DNA of 63,972 nt, the filler included, from Octopus bimaculoides (Eukaryota): NCBI RefSeq assembly GCF_001194135.2. It is 5 parts of 5 records of this genome, joined end to end, with 100 filler letters (N's around TTAATTAATTAA, not from the genome) between each part and the next. Parts side by side here need not be neighbours in the genome. Positions count along the whole stretch, not along the records: positions 47,785 to 55,658 come from NC_069004.1; positions 55,759 to 60,144 come from NC_069007.1; positions 60,245 to 63,972 come from NC_069009.1; 2 more parts are not named here. The stretch is one strand, 5' to 3'. Position 1 is the stretch's first letter; every line of letters begins with the position of its first letter. Position numbers and translations under genes: made by a program. Under the pieces are notes generated by a model that saw only the letters and a list, made by a program, of their open reading frames with translations, did no database searches and was not told where the DNA came from. Below are positions 47,819 to 60,301 of this stretch, piece by piece.

Positions 47819-49812
47819 GTATATATACATGTGTATATTATGTACACGCATATATCATACGTCTATATATACCCTCACACACACATATACGTACGAATGT
47901 GAGAGATGTGTGTGTATGTGCGTATGTAAGCATGTATGTATATATGTATATATATATTTATATATATACATGTGTGTGTATATGCGTGTGTATCTGTGCC
48001 TGTGCTTGAGCGAGGGGAAAATTACTCGGTCAGCATTTTCTCTGATATATATAATATACAGTAAAGTTATACATATATAATATAGCGAGTGGAAAATCGT
48101 CAACCAACTGACACTATCCCCGCAATTTGAAGACAAAATCTCCCCTTAGAAATATATCAATAGAAATGTAGACACTGCAAGAGAGCAAATTCTACAATAT
48201 TAACTATTTCAGTTTAGTGAGGGAAAGCAATTAAGATGATGCAAGGAGATAAGGATCTTGGCTTTGTAGTAATAGACATGTTTCCATCTTGTGAAACCTC
48301 ATTAGTGAAGTATATTCACTGACAGTTTATATACAGTAAAAAGAAAGAGGAGAAATGTCAGTTGATTATCTTTTATGTTTCATTTGCTTCAGCCTTTGGA
48401 CTGTGACCATGCTGGGGCAACGCCTTGAAGGATTTTAGTCGAACAAATTGACCACAGTTCTTAGATTTTAAATCTGCTACTTATTTTATCGAGCTCTTTT
48501 ACCGAACTTCTATGTAAAGAGGGTGTAAGCAAACGGCAGAACAAGCATGTAAATAATATACATAGCGGTAGACAGGCGCTCTTCATATTGGTTTCAGATT
48601 TTTACATAAGGCACGGAGGAGAGGGTAAATCGATTACATCGTCCCCAATGCTTTACTGGTACTTAATTTATCGACTCCGAAAGGGATGAAAGGCAAAGTC
48701 GACCTCGGCGGAATTTGAACTCAAAAATGTGACGCGGAATTTGAACTCAAAAACGTAACGCGTAGACTATAATTCACTTTCTTTTTTATAAACTTACTAA
48801 ACTGAATTAAATTTTTAATCTAATATTTTATAGATTTTATGGATTATAAACGTTTCNNNNNNNNNNNNNNNNNNNNNNNNNNNNNNNNNNNNNNNNNNNN
48901 NNNNNNNNNNNNNNNNNNNNNNNNNNNNNNNNNNNNNNNNNNNNNNNNNNNNNNNNNNNNNNNNNNNNNNNNNNNNNNNNNNNNNNNNNNNNNNNNNNNN
49001 NNNNNNNNNNNNNNNNNNNNNNNNNNNNNNNNNNNNNNNNNNNNNNNNNNNNNNNNNNNNNNNNNNNNNNNNNNNNNNNNNNNNNNNNNNNNNNNNNNNN
49101 NNNNNNNNNNNNNNNNNNNNNNNNNNNNNNNNNNNNNNNNNNNNNNNNNNNNNNNNNNNNNNNNNNNNNNNNNNNNNNNNNNNNNNNNNNNNNNNNNNNN
49201 NNNNNNNNNNNNNNNNNNNNNNNNNNNNNNNNNNNNNNNNNNNNNNNNNNNNNNNNNNNNNNNNNNNNNNNNNNNNNNNNNNNNNNNNNNNNNNNNNNNN
49301 NNNNNNNNNNNNNNNNNNNNNNNNNNNNNNNNNNNNNNNNNNNNNNNNNNNNNNNNNNNNNNNNNNNNNNNNNNNNNNNNNNNNNNNNNNNNNNNNNNNN
49401 NNNNNNNNNNNNNNNNNNNNNNNNNNNNNNNNNNNNNNNNNNNNNNNNNNNNNNNNNNNNNNNNNNNNNNNNNNNNNNNNNNNNNNNNNNNNNNNNNNNN
49501 NNNNNNNNNNNNNNNNNNNNNNNNNNNNNNNNNNNNNNNNNNNNNNNNNNNNNNNNNNNNNNNNNNNNNNNNNNNNNNNNNNNNNNNNNNNNNNNNNNNN
49601 NNNNNNNNNNNNNNNNNNNNNNNNNNNNNNNNNNNNNNNNNNNNNNNNNNNNNNNNNNNNNNNNNNNNNNNNNNNNNNNNNNNNNNNNNNNNNNNNNNNN
49701 NNNNNNNNNNNNNNNNNNNNNNNNNNNNNNNNNNNNNNNNNNNNNNNNNNNNNNNNNNNNNNNNNNNNNNNNNNNNNNNNNNNNNNNNNNNNNNNNNNNN
49801 NNNNNNNNNNNN

Positions 49813-49845
<33 letters not shown>

Positions 49846-50084
49846 GTGTATGCGTGTATGTATGTATGTATGTATGTACGTGCGTATGTATCACATATTC
49901 ATGTACCTTCAATAATGGTCTCAACAATATCTTCTTTGTTCGGGTCGTTGCGGTTAGTTACATGCAGAGACTCGTGTAGCTTTAGTCATTATATTTCAAA
50001 AATATCGGCTGGCGTAAATCGTAAATCATAAATTTTGCTCGAACATTCCTCATTATCATCAGCTGGCATGTTAGAACGGCGTAG

Positions 50085-50905
50085 AGTGGTGGTGCGGTGT
50101 GGTGTGGTGTGGTGTGGTGCGGTGTGGTGCGGNNNNNNNNNNNNNNNNNNNNNNNNNNNNNNNNNNNNNNNNNNNNNNNNNNNNNNNNNNNNNNNNNNNN
50201 NNNNNNNNNNNNNNNNNNNNNNNNNNNNNNNNNNNNNNNNNNNNNNNNNNNNNNNNNNNNNNNNNNNNNNNNNNNNNNNNNNNNNNNNNNNNNNNNNNNN
50301 NNNNNNNNNNNNNNNNNNNNNNNNNNNNNNNNNNNNNNNNNNNNNNNNNNNNNNNNNNNNNNNNNNNNNNNNNNNNNNNNNNNNNNNNNNNNNNNNNNNN
50401 NNNNNNNNNNNNNNNNNNNNNNNNNNNNNNNNNNNNNNNNNNNNNNNNNNNNNNNNNNNNNNNNNNNNNNNNNNNNNNNNNNNNNNNNNNNNNNNNNNNN
50501 NNNNNNNNNNNNNNNNNNNNNNNNNNNNNNNNNNNNNNNNNNNNNNNNNNNNNNNNNNNNNNNNNNNNNNNNNNNNNNNNNNNNNNNNNNNNNNNNNNNN
50601 NNNNNNNNNNNNNNNNNNNNNNNNNNNNNNNNNNNNNNNNNNNNNNNNNNNNNNNNNNNNNNNNNNNNNNNNNNNNNNNNNNNNNNNNNNNNNNNNNNNN
50701 NNNNNNNNNNNNNNNNNNNNNNNNNNNNNNNNNNNNNNNNNNNNNNNNNNNNNNNNNNNNNNNNNNNNNNNNNNNNNNNNNNNNNNNNNNNNNNNNNNNN
50801 NNNNNNNNNNNNNNNNNNNNNNNNNNNNNNNNNNNNNNNNNNNNNNNNNNNNNNNNNNNNNNNNNNNNNNNNNNNGGTGGTGGTGGTGGTGGTGGTGGTG
50901 GTGAT
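50085..50905 (+). repeat. (GGTGT)n pentamer and (GGT)n trimer arrays flanking an N gap
   Basis: Direct reading of 50085-50132 and 50876-50905. Confidence 0.9.
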
Positions 50906-51299
50906 GGCAAGCTCGGGTGATGGATTATGGCTGCTATTCATCACACAAAAATAGTAATAATACCTTTGACAGGGTTCAACGCACTTTCTTGTCCTGAGGG
51001 TATAACAGACCCTACTATTTCTAACAGGTCGAGAAATCAGATAGATATGTTTTTAAACGTGGCAGTAATTTGTGTTGAGGAGGTTATTGTTTGTCTTCTG
51101 ATGGAGAAGAACTATGATCAATGACATCTCATCATGACCATCCTGTCTTTATTTATTCATTGCAAGCATAGTATATCTAGAACTATCAAGCCCATGATGC
51201 AACAACTTTGTTTGAAGACTTTCTAAAACATTACTCCATTATACACCAAACCTCTCGTTGTGTGAAAATAAAACCTTTAAACTTACAGCATGTTATTAT

Positions 51300-51610
51300 C
51301 AACCATCCACCAGGTTTCCTGTACCCAGGGCTCGCTTGCCAAGATTCTCCAATTCCTTTTGTGTTGTGCTGCACGCATGCAATCTGCCAGGCTCTGGTTT
51401 TTTGCCCATTCTTTGATGCCTTTCTACAAACGTCTTTGACGGACTCTTGCACATTGTCAGGATTGTCTTGGCAATGACTCGTGGCGCATTGTAAGTCCAA
51501 AAATATGATAGCTTTGTGGACTTGATTCTCGACAGTAGGTGTCTTTGGACTTTCAGCTTTTCTTGTACTGCAATATTTGTTATTCTGTCCTTCCAGTTTA
51601 TCCTGCCCAA
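51300..51610 (-). mobile_element. RTE-type LINE ORF2 3' remnant
   Basis: GRINWKDRITNIAVQEKLKVQRHLLSRIKSTKLSYF matches the RTE motif (WxDRITN...LSYFGH). It is frameshifted afterwards. Confidence 0.8.
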
Positions 51611-51614
51611 TCTG

Positions 51615-51985
51615 TAAAATGTATAAATTTAATTAGCGCAAGAGCATTAAACATATGAAAATTCAGTGAATATTACCAAATGTTAGATTTGGAATGTAAT
51701 GACTTTTTCCTTTACTATGAGGGACACCGGCTTTCTTGAGGACAAGTTGAGTCGGTTTTGGAAATTGAAGAATTCCTTTCATAATTTTCTAGAAGAGAAA
51801 AATGAAAAATGAGCTGCAGGAAGAAAGAGACCTTTTCATGTAATAACAAATAACTGTTTGATTTGGGATTTTTACTTCATGTAACAAGCCATTTCGATTA
51901 TCTAAATTTGAAAATACAGGGCATGAACAAATTGTTTCCTAGTTTAGTAAATAGGCTCAATAGATTGAAGATGTAATTATCAATG
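51615..51985 (+). pseudogene. hAT (SPIN/Buster/GTF2IRD2-like) transposase fragment
   Basis: Across frames: FSEYYQMLDLECND, LSRFWKLKNSFHNFLEEKNE and LFDLGFLLHVTSHFDYLNLKIQGMNKLFPSLVN, with stops. Confidence 0.75.
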
Positions 51986-52195
51986 TTCATCTTTAAGCTA
52001 CAAAATAAAGATTAAGATTTGAACCAATTTCTGCATTAAGAATAAAGTGAATGTACAGAGGGTAAAAACAATTTTATACAATATATGGAAAAATCAGGTC
52101 ATTTGAAAGTCTGTTTCGGGATACGTCAGCAGTATACTGGCGTGCATAAAACCATTTTCAGTAAGACGGAAACTGAAAGAAGCCCGTCGCGTATG

Positions 52196-52257
<62 letters not shown>

Positions 52258-52524
52258 NNNNNNNNNNNNNNNNNNNNNNNNNNNNNNNNNNNNNNNNNNN
52301 NNNNNNNNNNNNNNNNNNNNNNNNNNNNNNNNNNNNNNNNNNNNNNNNNNNNNNNNNNNNNNNNNNNNNNNNNNNNNNNNNNNNNNNNNNNNNNNNNNNN
52401 NNNNNNNNNNNNNNNNNNNNNNNNNNNNNNNNNNNNNNNNNNNNNNNNNNNNNNNNNNNNNNNNNNNNNNNNNNNNNNNNNNNNNNNNNNNNNNNNNNNN
52501 NNNNNNNNNNNNNNNNNNNNNNNN

Positions 52525-52566
<42 letters not shown>

Positions 52567-53529
52567 CCCAAATAGTAGAGTGATAAACAGCGCTAATTCA
52601 GCTATTTTTCCGTGGACTTAAAAAACTGATGAATAACCTTAATCAATTTTCAAATATTATTGACTTCTCATCAGAGATGTCTACATCAATTTGACCAATC
52701 CCAGAGAAATTAGTTGCCAATCTGTATATATACTCAACAATTTCAGTTCCTACAGCCACTTTATTTAATAGCAGGAGCCTGTCAACGAGGATCTCTATTC
52801 ATACAGTATAAATTACTAATGTAATTTTCGTTTTTCTAGTAAGTATGAGACAATCTGGGACATATTTCGGTTGTATTCTGGCCTTATTAGCGAAGCATAT
52901 CTTTCTTTGTAGAAAGCCAAACAGTAATTATCCAGCTAGCAGCTTGTAGAATGGGCGACTGTCTGAGGAAAGGGAAAATGCATGAAAGAGACAAAAGAAG
53001 AAAGAGAAGAAGATGATTTGGTTGGAATAAAGGAAACATAAAGAGTGGAAGAGACGGACGAATTCCGGAAGGAGAAAAAAAACGAATAATAAAACAGAGA
53101 CTACGTGTTGAAGACAGAAGATGAAAAATAAATTGATTGTAGGATTGATTGAAAGTGTTCATAAATGTGCGTGAGTATGAGGGCGATAGGGTATGTGCGA
53201 ATGTGTGTCTATATGTCTGTGTATGTATCTGTAAGACTATACATGTGTACGTGTGTATGTGTGTCTTTATGCCTGTGTCTATGTATACATATATGTATGT
53301 GTATATATATATATAAATATGTGTGTGTGACTATATATGTGTACGTGTGTGTGCGTGTGTTATTTAGGTGAGGGAATTTATGGGTCAGGGAAAAAGAAAA
53401 CGCATGTAAAATTTTAATGAAAACTTCCGCCAATTCGTTACTGATTTTTATTTTCATTTCTATTTTTTTTTTTTTTCAGAGCTGAACAAATAATCTTGAC
53501 TATAAAAGCCTCTGTCTCTGGTTTTTTTT

Positions 53530-53563
53530 ATGACTTTCTCTCTTTGTGTCTCTCTTTCCTTCT

Positions 53564-53598
<35 letters not shown>

Positions 53599-53794
53599 AC
53601 TAGAAAGCTAGCTTCTACTCTGTCTCTCTCTTCTTTGTGTTCAATATTCTCCTTTATATGTCCATCATCCTCTCAGCCTTTTACTCTCCATTTTCTCTCT
53701 CTCCATCTACTTCTCTCTCTTTCTTTCTTAACATTCTCTCCCTCTCTCTATATATATTTTTTTTTTTCTTTCTCTAACCTTCTATTTTCTCTCT

Positions 53795-53845
<51 letters not shown>

Positions 53846-53936
53846 CCCTTTTTCATTCTCTTTCTGTCCCTCTATTTTCTATGCCTCTCTTCTTTAACCT
53901 ACTTATATTTCATTTTGATCTCAACCTTCCGCTCTT

Positions 53937-53990
<54 letters not shown>

Positions 53991-54682
53991 CTCTTTCTCT
54001 CTCTCCTGTCTATTTATCTGTCTAGCTAACTAGCTTCCTTTCTCTTCCTCTTTTCGTCGTTTACTATTCCGCTTTATATGTTCATCTTCTCAACCTTTCC
54101 CCCTCTCTTTTCTCTCTCCCTGTTTCTTTCTTTGTATCTCTCTCTCTCTCTCTCTGATTCTATTTCTCTTTCTTTCTTTTCTCTCTCTCCTTCTTTATAT
54201 CTATCTATCTACCTAGCTTCTTTCTTTCTCTCTCTCTCTCTTGTTAAATATTCTCCTTATAAGTCTATCTTGCTCTCAACATTTTACCCTCACCTTTTTC
54301 ACTCTCTATCCTTGTCAATCTGTCTCTCTTTATTCCTCTTTCTTTCTCTACCTCCCTCGCGTTTCTATCTTTACATGTAGACCTTTCATTCAACCTTCCC
54401 CACTTTCTCTCTCACTCAAATATTTCGCCTTACTCTCTTTATGTTTCGTACTCTCACATCTTCTCCCTATGTTATGAATTCCCATTCTCTATTCTCTCCT
54501 CCATAACAATTCTTCTCCTTATTCTACCTTTATCTACCCTATTTCTCTTCTTTTCTTCCTCCCTTCTATCTGTCGACTCCCTTTTTTCTTCTTTCTTTTC
54601 TGTTTTCAACCTTCTTCGCCTCTACTCCTTCGCCAATCTCTCTCCTCTTCCTTTTCTTTTCTATTTTCACTTCTTTATTCAG

Positions 54683-54725
<43 letters not shown>

Positions 54726-54848
54726 TTCATTTTTCACTCTCTTTCGTCTTCTCTATCCTTTCCTTTCTTTTTTCTTTTCACCTCCTTATTAAATCTCTCT
54801 CTCCCTCTCTGTTACACTCTCTCTCCCTCTCTCTCACACACATTCTAT

Positions 54849-54893
<45 letters not shown>

Positions 54894-55011
54894 TCACTCC
54901 CTCATGTGATTTTCCTCTCCTGTCTCCATCCTATTAATTTTCACCTCCTTATTAAATCTTTCTCTCTCTTTCAGTTTCTCACTCCATCCTTCCCTTTCTC
55001 TCATCATTCCG

Positions 55012-55066
<55 letters not shown>

Positions 55067-55070
55067 ACAT
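53530..55070 (+). repeat. Long polypyrimidine (CT)n/(CTAT)n low-complexity tract ending in (ACT)n
   Basis: About 1.5 kb with a strongly pyrimidine-skewed plus strand. It produces spurious LS-rich ORFs. Confidence 0.9.
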
Positions 55071-55972
55071 CTCCCTTAATTAAAATATCGTTTCTAATTT
55101 CAACACGATAACATTATGTTGCTTTTAATATTTAAGTGTTTGTTTTGTATTCTATGTTACATTCAAGATCTCATCGTTCTAAATTTAAAAAAAAAAAAAA
55201 AGAATTCTTCGTTTCGTTAAATTTTAATTTCCTTACAAGTTACACACAATATGGCGAACAGCAAGGATCGGGTTTTGTGAGTTTCTTCGTCCGAAAAACC
55301 TGACACCAATAAAAACCTAATGTGTTGACTGGTAGCGTGATTAATTCTGCGAAATTCGAAACAAAGCAAAAAATTCAAGAAACAGGTAGGAATAAAAAGG
55401 AAGAAAGCAACAACAACAAAAAAACCCACAGTGCCAACGACAAGAACAAGACCAATATTTGAGAAAATGGCGGAACGCGCGAGACAGCAATCTTGGTTAG
55501 AACTTAGAAACGACATAGCTTATTTATGATGATTGATGTAAATAATGCTGGCGGTGGGATCAGAATATGACATGGAGACGGAACTGGATTTTCTGTTTTT
55601 GTCGTATGAGATATTGGCTCGGAGATGTGGTTGTGGTGGAGGGGGGCTGGTGGTGGTGNNNNNNNNNNNNNNNNNNNNNNNNNNNNNNNNNNNNNNNNNN
55701 NNTTAATTAATTAANNNNNNNNNNNNNNNNNNNNNNNNNNNNNNNNNNNNNNNNNNNNACAGCATAATTACGAATTAGTGCCCACCCGGGCCTGTTGTGA
55801 GCTAAGATACCGCTAAGCCCCGACTTGATTTTCATTATTTCGGGTTCGATAAAATCGAACACCAGTAAAATAGTGAGGTCAATATAATCGACTATACCCA
55901 ACCGACCCTCAGAATTTCAACCTTGTACTTACAGTAGAAAGAATTATTATTACTACGAGGAGGTACTGAAAA

Positions 55973-56152
55973 GTTTCTAGCTTTGGGTAAAAGAAAATAC
56001 AGGAGGATCAGTTAATTATGATTTTATCCAACATATTCCCCTCTCAGATTCACAAACTTATTGCAGCGGTCCTTCGGTTTTTCTAAGCCCTTTAAAAGAA
56101 CCCTGAAGGTTGGACCTCCAAACAAAGCCTTTCGCGACACCAAAGCCAAAAG
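55973..56152 (-). mobile_element. Mariner-derived MITE (opposite orientation, one end truncated)
   Basis: tacgaggaggtactgaaaagtttctagctttgggtaaaag... is the reverse complement of the 58746-58955 element. Confidence 0.75.
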
Positions 56153-56194
56153 TTAATACACACACGAAACAATATACATTTAGAGGGAATATTT

Positions 56195-56401
56195 ATCTCC
56201 ACTTAAACGTGGATATTTTATTAGAACAAACCTTGCTACGGTGGTTGCCATGAGAGGAACTCCCATATCGGTTTTTGGGTGTAAAATGCACTCTAGTTTC
56301 TTTGGGACCAAAAAGGCCAATGTGATAGTTTCTCTCATGGTAAAGTTTGTTCTTATAGAAGTAAAGTTTGTTCTAATAGACGTCCACGTTTCAGTGGGGA
56401 T
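56195..56401. mobile_element. Near fully palindromic MITE
   Basis: atctccacttaaacgtggatattttattagaacaaac / gtttgttctaatagacgtccacgtttcagtggggat, plus inner arms ccatgagagg...tttttggg / accaaaaagg...tctctcatgg. Confidence 0.75.
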
Positions 56402-56668
56402 CAAAGTTATCTCACGGTATTAATACTGCCTTTGTGGTTAATATATTTTTAAATAGATATATGGAGGACGAAGACGAGATTGGGTTTTGAGATTAAAAAC
56501 AGACATATTATTTAGAAAACGACGCCAATAACGGCCAAAAGGGTAACATATCGAAAGACTTACAAAATGATAAATGAAGACAATATCTTCTCCTTACCTG
56601 AGAGATGAGTTTTAAAGAGAAGAGAGAAGAACCAAATGGCGGGAGATAAAGCAAGTACGCTCTCTATA

Positions 56669-57399
56669 GTGGAGGCGCAATGGACCAGTGGTTAGGGCAG
56701 CGGACTCGCGGTTTCGATTCCCAGACCAGGCGTTGTGAGTGTTTATTGAGCGAAAACACCTAAAGCTCCATGAGGCTCCGGCAGGGGATGGTGGTGAACC
56801 CTGCTGTACTCTTTCACCACAACTTTCTCTCACTCTTACTTCCTGTTTCTGTTGTGCCTGTAATTCAAAGGGTCAGCTTTGTCACACTCTGTGTCACGCT
56901 GAATATCCCCGAGAACTGCGTTAAGGGTACACGTGTCTGTGGAGTGCTCAGTCACTTGTACGTTAATTTCACGAGCAGGCTGTTCCGTTGATCGGATCAA
57001 CTGGAACCCTCATCGTCGTAAGCGACGGAGNNNNNNNNNNCCAGTGGTTAGGGCAGCGGACTCGCGGTTTCGATTCCCAGACCAGGCGTTGTGAGTGTTT
57101 ATTGAGCGAAAACACCTAAAGCTCCATGAGGCTCCGGCAGGGGATGGTGGTGAACCCTGCTGTACTCTTTCACCACAACTTTCTCTCACTCTTACTTCCT
57201 GTTTCTGTTGTGCCTGTAATTCAAAGGGTCAGCTTTGTCACACTCTGTGTCACGCTGAATATCCCCGAGAACTGCGTTAAGGGTACACGTGTCTGTGGAG
57301 TGCTCAGTCACTTGTACGTTAATTTCACGAGCAGGCTGTTCCGTTGATCGGATCAACTGGAACCCTCATCGTCGTAAGCGACGGAGTGCCAACTAACTA
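56669..57399 (+). mobile_element. Young tRNA-derived SINE family E, present twice around a 10-N gap, with 12-bp TSD
   Basis: A-box tggaccagtgg, B-box ggtttcgattccc, TSD acgctctctata at 56657-56668 and 57400-57411. The two copies read identical. Confidence 0.9.
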
Positions 57400-57701
57400 A
57401 CGCTCTCTATAATGAATAACGTACTTGCTTCTTTTCTTCTTTTTTTTTTCCATTTCATACAGAGCAAGGTTAACAGGAAGTTTACCGTCGCAAAATAGTG
57501 AAAGTAAATTGTCCTAAAAAAAAAGAAAGTTTATTGCGATATAAACCTCAGTAACATCATGTAATTTCGTATAAACACTATGTGGCATAAGAAGCTTGCT
57601 TCCCAACCACGTGGTTCCGGGTTCAGTCTCACTGCATGGCACTTTGGGCATAGGTTTTTTTCACAATACCCTCGGGTTGACCAAAGCCTTGTGAGTAGAT
57701 G

Positions 57702-58399
57702 TACGAGGGGGTGCTGAATGAAAAGTTTCTGGCTTTAAGGGTGTCGCGAAAGGCCTGGTTAAAGGCCCAACCTTCAAAGTTCTCTTACAGAGTGTAGTGG
57801 CGCGAAATTATAGCCGCCATTGAGGAAGTACTATTCTGCGCATGCGCAAGGGACTTCACCACCGGAAGCCCCTCGAGTGCGCATGCGTAGTGAAACTAGT
57901 ACTTAAAGAGTGCGTTTCACTTCCTTAGGCAGTTGAGCGAGAGACCTTCGACGTAACAACACCTCGCTCCTCATCGAAGCACTCTTCACTACGATGCTAT
58001 CGATACGATAGCTATTTGCTCCTCTGGCATGCATCAAGGAAGCCCTTAACCTTCCAATACCAAATTACAACCTAATCAGCGGCTGCTAAGCTGAGTGACA
58101 CAGGTTCTTTTTATAACCAAGCATCATCAAAACATAAAACTTATTTTTATTATGTTGTTAAATTGTTCTACTGTTCCTTAATATATAATGCTGTTGAAAG
58201 GTGATAGAGAGAGACTAATGTCTCTATTACATCTATCAAACTTTAACAAGAGTTTAAAAAAAAAAAGAAACGAAAGGACCGCAACAGTAAGTGTGTGAAT
58301 CTGAGAGGGGAATATGTTGAATAAAATCACAAGTAACTTATTCTCCTGTATTTTCTTTTATCCAATCCAAAGCCAGGAACGTTTCAGCACCTACTCGTA
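57702..58399 (+). mobile_element. Mariner-derived MITE interrupted by a solo LTR
   Basis: TIRs tacgagggggtgctgaa... / ...tttcagcacctactcgta. It keeps the mariner C-terminus SKCVNLRGEYVE*. Confidence 0.85.
57793..58248. mobile_element. Solo LTR (456 bp, TG...CA, 4-bp TSD AGAG)
   Basis: TGTAGTGG...TTTAACA flanked by agag at 57789-57792 and 58249-58252. Removing it restores the empty MITE sequence seen at 58746-58955. Confidence 0.8.
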
Positions 58400-58419
58400 C
58401 ATATAAAAAAAACATCACC

Positions 58420-58725
58420 CTTTTAAAGCCTAGCCAAGCTCATGGGCCCAGTTTCCCGGTTTCTATGGCGTTTGTGTCCCCCGCCCCAGCTGGACAGGGC
58501 ACTAGTCCATCGCAGCGTTACTCAAGAAACAGGAAGAAAGAGTGAGAGAAAGTTGGGGCGAAAGAGTACAACAGGGATCGCCACTACCACCCCCTGCCGG
58601 AGCCTCGTGGAGCTTAGGTGTTTTCGCTCAATAAACACTCACAAAGCCCGGTTTGGGAATCGAAACCGCGATCCTCTGACCACGAGTTCGCTGCCCTAAC
58701 CACTGGGCCATTGCACCTCCACACT
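58420..58725 (-). mobile_element. SINE family E head with an alternative 3' body
   Basis: The first ~190 nt of the reverse complement match the 56669 SINE, then it diverges. Confidence 0.8.
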
Positions 58726-58745
58726 CGTACATATATAAATGTATA

Positions 58746-58955
58746 TACAAGGGGGTTTTGAAAAGCTTCTGGCTTTAAGGGTGTCGCAAAAGGCCTGGCT
58801 GGAGACCCAACCTTCCGAGTTCTTTTACAGAGTTTAGAAAAACTAAAAGCCCGCTACAAAAAATGTGTGAATCTAAGCGGGATAAGATCATAATTAACTG
58901 ATCCTCCTGTATTTTCTTTTACCCAAAGCCAGGAACTTTTCAGCACCCCCTCGTA
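58746..58955 (+). mobile_element. Complete mariner-derived MITE
   Basis: About 30-bp TIRs TACAAGGGGGTTTTGAAAAGCTTCTGGCTTT / AAAGCCAGGAACTTTTCAGCACCCCCTCGTA in TA context. Confidence 0.85.
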
Positions 58956-60254
58956 TATAATTATAAGCTTTGTTTACAAACGGAAAGCCTATCAACAGCC
59001 AACATATAGTATATAATTAAAGAAAAATATAAAATAAAACAGTAATGAAATCGCTTTAACATTCGTGTTTTATGTTAGTGAATTACATTGTAAAACATTA
59101 ATTGAGTCAGGTCAATTAGTCTTAATAGTTACCACAAGTAAACAAAACTTCTACTTATATAATTATATATTTACGGGATTTTAAACAAAATAAAAGCTAT
59201 GGGAGAGTTAATTCATATATAAAGAGAGTGTCAAAGAGTATAGTAAAGACAACGATGCCTCACTTTACGAGGACCTGCTTTACGAGATTCTGGGTTTACG
59301 AGTTTTATTTTTCAAGCACAAGATCCTCCAAATTTTGAATGAAGTGCAAAAGTTTCTACTACCATAAATGCTTCTGCGTGTTACCGAGAAATTTATAGAG
59401 AACAAAGAAAAGCTTCTTCTAAGGAAACAACTGGAGACTTGTTTTTTTAAACCTCCTATCTACAAGTCCGTCTACGAGTGCTGGTACGTTTACATCCTCA
59501 TAACATAGAGGTGCAGCAATAGAGACTGATAGAATAAGTACTAGGCTTTATAAAGAAAAATAAGTCCTAGGATCAATTTGTTCAATTAAAACCTTTCAGG
59601 GCGGTGCCCCAGCATGGCCACAGTGAAATGAATGAAACAAATAAAGGAGAAAAGATATATAGATACGCACAAACACACACACAAACGCACACATAGATAG
59701 ATATGGCTGTAGTCAAGTAAAAGAATAAACAATATATATATGTGTGTATGTTTGTGTGTGTGTGTTTGTCCTCCCCAACATCGCTTGACAACCGATGCTG
59801 GTGTGTTTACGTCCCTGTAACTTAGCGGTTCGGCAAAAAAGAGACCGGTAGAATAAGTACTAGGCTTACAAAGAATAAGTCCTGGGGTCGATTTGCTCGA
59901 CTAAAGGCAGTGCTCCAGCATGGCCAGTCAAACGACTGAAACAAGTAAAGGAGTACGTAAATTTTTTCTACTTTTTTTAAAAAACTCCCCTCCCCAGTTT
60001 TATACCCTTTTCCTTCCCCCACGAGGTAGTGATAGCTATTTTCCGAAACCCCACCCGTTGTACTCCTTTGTTTAATACAATTTAGAGAACATTTCACTGC
60101 TTGTCACAAGATGTTTGCGAACTTGGACAAGGGCTAGCACTAAANNNNNNNNNNNNNNNNNNNNNNNNNNNNNNNNNNNNNNNNNNNNTTAATTAATTAA
60201 NNNNNNNNNNNNNNNNNNNNNNNNNNNNNNNNNNNNNNNNNNNNTGTGTGTGTG

Positions 60255-60301
<47 letters not shown>

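Noticed and set aside
56669-56730. tRNA-like sequence with A and B boxes
   Set aside because: It is the head of a SINE with TSDs and multiple copies, and does not form a full cloverleaf.
57041-57385. Apparent tandem SINE dimer
   Set aside because: The copies read identical, are separated by 10 Ns and share only one outer TSD pair. This is most likely an unmerged contig overlap.
31596-60200. Recurrent TTAATTAATTAA motif at four sites
   Set aside because: It always sits within N runs and encodes stops in all six frames. It is a scaffolding linker, not biology.
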